NCBI GenBank assembly: GCA_963825525.1
Contig: CAWGTN010000002.1
Coordinates: forward strand, 768,001-832,000
DNA length: 64,000 nt
Reading direction: 5' to 3'
Origin: an uncultured Chloroflexia bacterium
Lineage (GTDB): Bacteria > Chloroflexota > Limnocylindria > QHBO01
Shown here: one piece after another, positions 57,760 through 64,000 of the stretch
Layout: every line of letters begins with the position of its first letter
Position numbering within the stretch: position 1 is the stretch's first letter
Position numbers and translations under genes: made by a program
Notes under the pieces: model-generated
What the model saw: the letters and a program-made list of their open reading frames with translations, nothing else
Told to the model about the DNA's origin: nothing
Database searches by the model: none

Positions 57760-58902
57760 ATGCCCCGATTTGGACTGTCCATCATCGGCCTCGTGGTCCT
57801 CGCACTGGTCATCACGGCCTGTGGCGACACCCCGCCGCCATCCTCAGCTGCACCCGGTTCGAGCACCGATGCCAGCCCAACCGACGCGCCGACGGCTGGC
57901 GAAAGCGCCGAGCCCACCGACGCACCCTCCGGCGAGGGTCGCCTGGCGGCTGTCCAGGACCGCGGCCAGCTGATCTGCGGCGTGAACGGAAGCTTGCCCG
58001 GCTTCAGCTTCCTCGATGACAGCGGCAACACCGTCGGCTTCGACGCTGACTTCTGCCGCGCCGTCGCAGCGGCCGTCCTTGGTGACTCCGAGGCCGTTGA
58101 GTTCCGCGCCCTTTCTGCCGACCAGCGCGGTCCGGCTCTCCAGACCGGCGAGGTCGACGTCCTCATCCGCAACACGACCTGGACCGTCAGCCGCGACACG
58201 AGCTGGGGCATCTTCGCTCCGACCACGTTCTATGACGGCCAGGCAATCATGGTGAACTCCACCCTGACCGACGCCAGCACCCTGGCCGACCTCGACGGCG
58301 CCACGGTGTGCGTCCAGTCCGGCACGACGACCGAGCTGAACCTGGCCGATGCATTCCGCCTCGCGGGCATCGAGCTCGGCGAGCCGGCAGTCTTCCCGGA
58401 GATCGATCCCACCTACCAGGCGTACGAGGAAGAGCGCTGCGACGCGGTCACCAGCGACCGATCGCAGCTTGTCGCGCGGCGCACGGGCTTCGAGAACCCC
58501 GATGACCACGTCATCCTCGATGATGTCCTCTCCAAGGAGCCGCTTGGCCCGGTCGTTCCGATCGGCGACGACCAGTGGTTCAACGTGGTGAAGTGGGTCG
58601 TATTCGCGACCATCGAGGCCGAGGAGCAGGGCATCGACTCGACCAACGTCGAGGAGACCGCCTCGTCCACGGACAACCCGATCGTCCAGCGATTCCTGGG
58701 CGTCACGCCCGAGGGCAGCGATCCGTTCGAGTCCGGCCTCGGCCTGGACGCCGAGTGGGTCGTGGACGTGATCGGCCAGGTCGGCAACTACGCCGAGATC
58801 TACGATCGCAACCTCGGGCCGGGCACGCCGTTCGACCTCGAGCGCGGGCTGAACAGCCTGTGGAGCGACGACGGGCTGCTGTACGCACCACCGTACCGAT
58901 AG
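57760..58902 (+). CDS. general L-amino-acid ABC transporter substrate-binding lipoprotein (AapJ/BztA-like)
   Basis: ITAC lipobox; DADFCRAVAAA, RNTTWT..RD, SKEPLGP, GLLYAPP. Confidence 0.93.
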   Translation: MPRFGLSIIGLVVLALVITACGDTPPPSSAAPGSSTDASPTDAPTAGESAEPTDAPSGEGRLAAVQDRGQLICGVNGSLPGFSFLDDSGNTVGFDADFCRAVAAAVLGDSEAVEFRALSADQRGPALQTGEVDVLIRNTTWTVSRDTSWGIFAPTTFYDGQAIMVNSTLTDASTLADLDGATVCVQSGTTTELNLADAFRLAGIELGEPAVFPEIDPTYQAYEEERCDAVTSDRSQLVARRTGFENPDDHVILDDVLSKEPLGPVVPIGDDQWFNVVKWVVFATIEAEEQGIDSTNVEETASSTDNPIVQRFLGVTPEGSDPFESGLGLDAEWVVDVIGQVGNYAEIYDRNLGPGTPFDLERGLNSLWSDDGLLYAPPYR

Positions 58903-58915
58903 GCATCGGCTAGCA

Positions 58916-58944
58916 ATCGGGGCGGGAGCAATTCCCGCCCCGAT
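58916..58944 (+). terminator. intercistronic hairpin after the binding-protein gene
   Basis: ATCGGGGCGGGA-gcaat-TCCCGCCCCGAT, perfect 12-bp stem. Confidence 0.65.
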
Positions 58945-58969
58945 CCGTTAAGTCCTCGGAGCCGAGATC

Positions 58970-60202
58970 TTGCGTTTGCGTTTGATCCGAAGGTTGAGGA
59001 CGCTGCCCGCCTGGCTCGCGGCCCGCATGCCGCGTCGCGCATCCGGAGGCGTTCCGCTGTGGCGCGACGTCCGCTTCCTGGAGATCGCGGCCCAGGCCGC
59101 GGTCGTCGTCGTCATCGGCCTCGTGGTCTGGTTCATGGTCAGCAACATGATGTCGGCCATGAGCCAACGGAACCTCGGGTTCGGGTTCAGCTTCCTGGGA
59201 CGCCAGGCGGGCTTCGAGATCAGCGAGAGCCCGATCCCCTACTCGTCGCGAGACACGTACGGCACGGCATTCATCGTCGGCCTGCTCAACACCCTCTTCG
59301 TCAGCTTCCTCGGCATCATCCTGGCCACCGTGCTCGGCCTGATCGTCGGCGTGGCACGCCTGTCACCGAACTGGCTCGTCGCGAGGATCGCGGCCGGCTA
59401 CGTCGAGATCATCCGCAACACCCCGCTGCTCGTGCAGCTCGTCCTCATCTACTTCGCCGTCCTGCTCCAGCTTCCAAGCGTCTCGAGCAGCATCACGATC
59501 GGCGAGGGCTTCTTCCTCAACCAGCGCGGCGTGTTCGTGCCCGGCCCACAGGTCGCCGACGGCTTCGGCATCCTCGTCGCGTCGATCGTGATCGGCATCG
59601 TCGGGCTCATCGTCGCCAACGTGGTCGCCGGGCGGCGGGAGGATGCCGGGAAACCCTCGTACCGCATGCGGACGATCGCCACCGTCGCCCTTGTCGCGCT
59701 GCCGGTCCTCGGCTGGTTTGCCGCCGGCGGCCAGCCGCTGACGTTCGACCTGCCGGTGAAGGAGCGGTTCAACTTTGCCGGCGGCCTGCGCCTGTCACCC
59801 GAATTCTCGGCGCTGCTCTTCGGGCTGGTGCTGTACACCGCCGCCTTCATCGGTGAGGTCGTGCGCGGTGGGATCCAGGCCGTGCGTCGCGGACAGCTCG
59901 AGGCGGCTCGCGCGCTCGGGTTCACCGAGGGTCAGACGCTGCGACTCGTCATCTTCCCGCAGGCGCTGCGCATCATCGTCCCGCCGCTCACGAACCAGTA
60001 CCTCAACCTGGCGAAGAACTCGAGCCTGGCGATCGCGGTGGGCTACCCGGACCTGTTCAAGGTGGGCCAGACCATGGCCAACCAGACGGGCCAGCCAGTG
60101 CCGGTGCTCATCATGATCATGGGCACCTACCTGGCGATCAGCCTCTTCACCTCGCTGCTCATGAACATCTACAACCGACGCGTCCAGGTGCTGGAGCGAT
60201 GA
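58970..60202 (+). CDS. amino acid ABC transporter permease (AapQ/BztB-like)
   Basis: [32 protein letters not shown]; alternative ATG at 59027. Confidence 0.92.
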   Translation: MRLRLIRRLRTLPAWLAARMPRRASGGVPLWRDVRFLEIAAQAAVVVVIGLVVWFMVSNMMSAMSQRNLGFGFSFLGRQAGFEISESPIPYSSRDTYGTAFIVGLLNTLFVSFLGIILATVLGLIVGVARLSPNWLVARIAAGYVEIIRNTPLLVQLVLIYFAVLLQLPSVSSSITIGEGFFLNQRGVFVPGPQVADGFGILVASIVIGIVGLIVANVVAGRREDAGKPSYRMRTIATVALVALPVLGWFAAGGQPLTFDLPVKERFNFAGGLRLSPEFSALLFGLVLYTAAFIGEVVRGGIQAVRRGQLEAARALGFTEGQTLRLVIFPQALRIIVPPLTNQYLNLAKNSSLAIAVGYPDLFKVGQTMANQTGQPVPVLIMIMGTYLAISLFTSLLMNIYNRRVQVLER

Positions 60203-61391
60203 CCGCCGAGTCGATCCGACCACCGCGCACCGTCATCGGCCCGATCGCCTGGCTGCGCGAAAACCTGTTCTCCGGCCCGATCAGCTCGATCATCACCATC
60301 CTGCTCGGCGCCCTGCTGGTGTGGGTGGCCATCCAGGTCGGGCAGTGGGCGTTGACGGAAGCGCGCTGGAGTGTCGTCAGCAACAACCTGCGCCTCTTCC
60401 TCATCGGACAGTACCCCGCAGACCAGGCATGGCGCCTGTGGGCGGCGATGGCGATCCTGTCGATCCTGGCAGGCGCCTCGGCCGGCATCTTCGGGCTGGC
60501 GTCACGCATGCTCGCAGTCACCCTTTCGGCCGTCCAGCTGCTCCTGGCGCTGCTCATGCTCTTCTCGCCGATCGGCCTGACGGCGGTCGTCGCCTTCGCC
60601 TTCAACGCCGGCATCGTGTGGATCGCCATGATCGCCGGGTTCCGTGGATGGGTGCCGCGCCGGCCGCTCGGCTGGGCATGGATCGCCTCGCTGCCGGCCG
60701 CGTTGTACCTGCTCAGCGGGTTCTCCGGGACGCCCCTGAGCTCGGTCAGCTCGAACGTGTGGGGCGGACTCCTGCTCACGGTCCTGCTGGCCGTGGTCGG
60801 CATCGTGCTCTCGTTCCCGCTCGGCGTGGTGCTCGCCCTTGGACGGCGTTCGGAGCTGCCGGTGCTGCGGATCCTGAGCACCGGCTACATCGAGCTCATC
60901 CGCGGCGTGCCGCTGGTCACGATCCTGTTCATGGCCGACATCATCCTGCCCCTCTTCCTGCCGGGCGAGTGGCGGCTGGACCGCATCGCGCGAGCGATGG
61001 GTGGCATCACGCTCTTCTCCGCCGCCTACGTGGCGGAGAACGTCCGCGGCGGCCTCCAGGCCATCCCCAGTGGCCAGATCGAGGCGGCCCAGGCGCTCGG
61101 GCTCGGGGGCGTGCAGACCAATCGCTACATCGTGCTGCCGCAGGCATTGCGGGCCGTGATCCCGGCCAATGTCGGCCTCTTCATCAGCCTCCTCAAGGAC
61201 ACGACGCTGGTCACGATCATCGGCCTCCTCGAGCTGCTCGGCATCAGCCGCGCGGTGCTGGCCCAGTCCGAATCGTTCGGTGCAAGCCTGGAGGTCTACG
61301 TGTTCATCGCCGCCGTCTTCTTCGTCCTCTCCTACGCCATGTCCCAGGCAAGCTATCGGCTCGAACGCGCCCTCGGGGTGGGCACGCGCTG

Positions 61392-61392
<1 letters not shown>
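60199..61392 (+). CDS. amino acid ABC transporter permease (AapM/BztC-like)
   Basis: [30 protein letters not shown]. Confidence 0.92.
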
Positions 61393-62201
<809 letters not shown>

Positions 62202-62326
62202 CCTCGCTCCACACACATGCGAATCTGCGCAAATCTATGACTTAGGTTTGACGCGCGAGCCTTGCCGCCCCGTAGCCTCCGGTCGCCGCCCACTTCGACC
62301 CCGCTCGAATCGGTGACCGATCGACC

Positions 62327-63473
62327 TTGTCCCGACCATCCGTCGACATCGACCGTATCCGCGTGCGATTCGCGACCTTCCGTGGTCATGCCGCGCCCGA
62401 CCGTGAGCGCCTGGCGCGTGAGCTCCGCGCATCACCGGCCATCGAGCACGTCCTGCTCGAGACCTGCCACCGGGTCGAGCTGGCGTCCGTGGAGGATGGG
62501 CCCTCACCACGACGGTCAGCTGAGCGGCCGGGACGCCATTCGTCGCGTGTTCGAGGTGGTGGCCGGCTTCGACTCGGCCGTGGTTGCCGAGGAGCAGCTG
62601 CTGGGCCAGGCCCGTGGTGCGTACGAGGCGGCGCTCGCCGCCGGGACGACCGGACCGATCCTCAACGAGCTCTTCCAGCGCGCGCTCCGGTTCGGCCGGA
62701 GCGTCCGCAGCCACGCGCGCCCCGGAAGCGACCGATCGCTGGCCGACCTGGGCGCCGGGTGGCTCGAGGAGCACCTGCCGCAGTCGCCGGCGACGACACT
62801 TGTCGCCGGAACCGGTGAGATGGGACGCATCGTCGGGCATCGGCTCGCCGCTGGCGGCCACCGGGTCATCGTGGCCTCGGGGTCGGCGGAGCGCGGTGGA
62901 CGCCTGGTGGAGGAGCTGGAAGGCGACGGGCACCAGTTGCATGTCGGGCCGCTGACTCGCGGCCGTCTCGACCACGTTGACGCCATGGCGCTGGCCGTCA
63001 GACCTCGCGGAGCGATCGTCCAGGGCGAGCAACTCGGATCCGCGCGACCGTGGGTCCTCGACCTATCGACGCCGAGCGTCGTCGATGCCGAGGCGGCCAC
63101 GGTGCTCGGCGAGCGGCTGCTCACGATCGACGCGCTCGCAACGCTCGGCGGTGGCCGTCGGGTGCTGGCGCCGGCCATCGAGCGGCGACTGCGTGCCGAG
63201 CTGGTGGCAGAAGTCGAATCGTTCATCGAATGGCTCGACGTCCGTGGGTCTGCCGATGCCCTGCGACTGTTGCACGCCGAGGCTGAGGCAGTGCGCCGGC
63301 GGCACCTGGAACGCCTCCGCACCCGCGGAGGACTAGATGATCGGCAGCTCGCCGCCGTTGAGGCTGCGGCCACGGCCATGGTCGGTGAGCTCATGCACGG
63401 CCCCACCGTGGCGCTGCGACGCGGTGGGGCGGACGCCGAGACCGTGCGCCGCCTGTTCAACCTCGAATCGTGA
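62327..63473 (+). CDS. hemA: glutamyl-tRNA reductase (apparent frameshift near 62505)
   Basis: LLETCHRVE in one frame, then AGFDSAVVAEEQLLGQ, GTGEMG, LDLSTP, MHGP; upstream of hemC. Confidence 0.85.
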
Positions 63474-64000
63474 CGACGGTCAGCACGGTCCGAATCGGGA
63501 CGCGCGAGAGCCGCCTGGCGCTGGCCCAGGCACGAATCGCGGCGACCGCCGTCGCGCAGCGCCTCGGTCCCACCCGGTTGGTGCCGATCACGACGCGCGG
63601 CGATGCCATCAGCGCACGACGCCCGAACGCCGGATGGGTCGAGGTCGACGGACAGTTCACGCGCGAGCTCGAACGCGCGCTGCTCGAAGGACGCGTCGAT
63701 CTGGTGGTGCACTCCTACAAGGACCTGCCCACCGAACCGGTCCCCGGCCTCCACATCGGCGCGGTTCTCGAGCGGGCCGACGCACGCGATTGCCTGGTGA
63801 CCGCCGACGACCGAACGCTCGATGACCTTCCGTTCGGCGCGCGGATCGGCACGAGCTCGCCGCGACGCGCCGCGCAGCTGGCAGCAGCACGCTCGGACCT
63901 CATCGCGGTGCCGGTGCGCGGCAACGTGGAGTCACGGCTCGGCCGGCTGTACGCCGGAGAATTCGACGGCCTGATGCTCGCCGCGGCCGGACTGGATCGG
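63470..64000 (+). CDS. hemC: hydroxymethylbilane synthase (partial, runs off the window)
   Basis: RIGTRESRLALAQ, GQFTRELERALLEGRVDLVVHSYKDLP, IGTSSPRR, RGNV. Confidence 0.93.
   Translation, partial: MTTVSTVRIGTRESRLALAQARIAATAVAQRLGPTRLVPITTRGDAISARRPNAGWVEVDGQFTRELERALLEGRVDLVVHSYKDLPTEPVPGLHIGAVLERADARDCLVTADDRTLDDLPFGARIGTSSPRRAAQLAAARSDLIAVPVRGNVESRLGRLYAGEFDGLMLAAAGLDR

Overview
High-GC bacterial chromosomal window of mostly core genes. Gene content and regulatory motifs suggest a Chloroflexota, possibly Limnocylindria-like, genome (inference). Left to right: 3' end of a probable mscL; hemW, then hrcA-grpE-dnaK with a CIRCE operator; lepA, a VanW-domain protein and an unusually long rpsT; ROK kinase-gap-pgk-eno; a nucleoside phosphorylase and a large lamin-tail/OB-fold surface protein; a complete divergent arginine cluster (carAB / argHCJBRG-GNAT-argDF) with tandem ARG boxes; a metal-related block (VIT1, cupredoxin, DUF2330-like); an asparagine-synthetase-like gene and an S8 protease with CWB2 repeats; a non-canonical SOS mutagenesis system (dnaE2 and imuA'-imuB-small ORF, 7.8 kb apart, each behind a TAGAAC-N4-GTTCTA LexA box fused to TATCAT); an ECF sigma/anti-sigma pair; tRNA-Ala(CGC); a general L-amino-acid ABC transporter; hemA-hemC. 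Most notable: ImuB appears to lack its fingers region and to be split into two proteins, DnaE2 carries a ~210-aa insert containing a DNA palindrome, long degenerate palindromes also occur between genes, S20 has a basic tail, and many genes look leaderless. About 11 apparent indels in 6 genes most likely reflect sequencing or assembly error. Family assignments are by eye from motifs; no searches were run.
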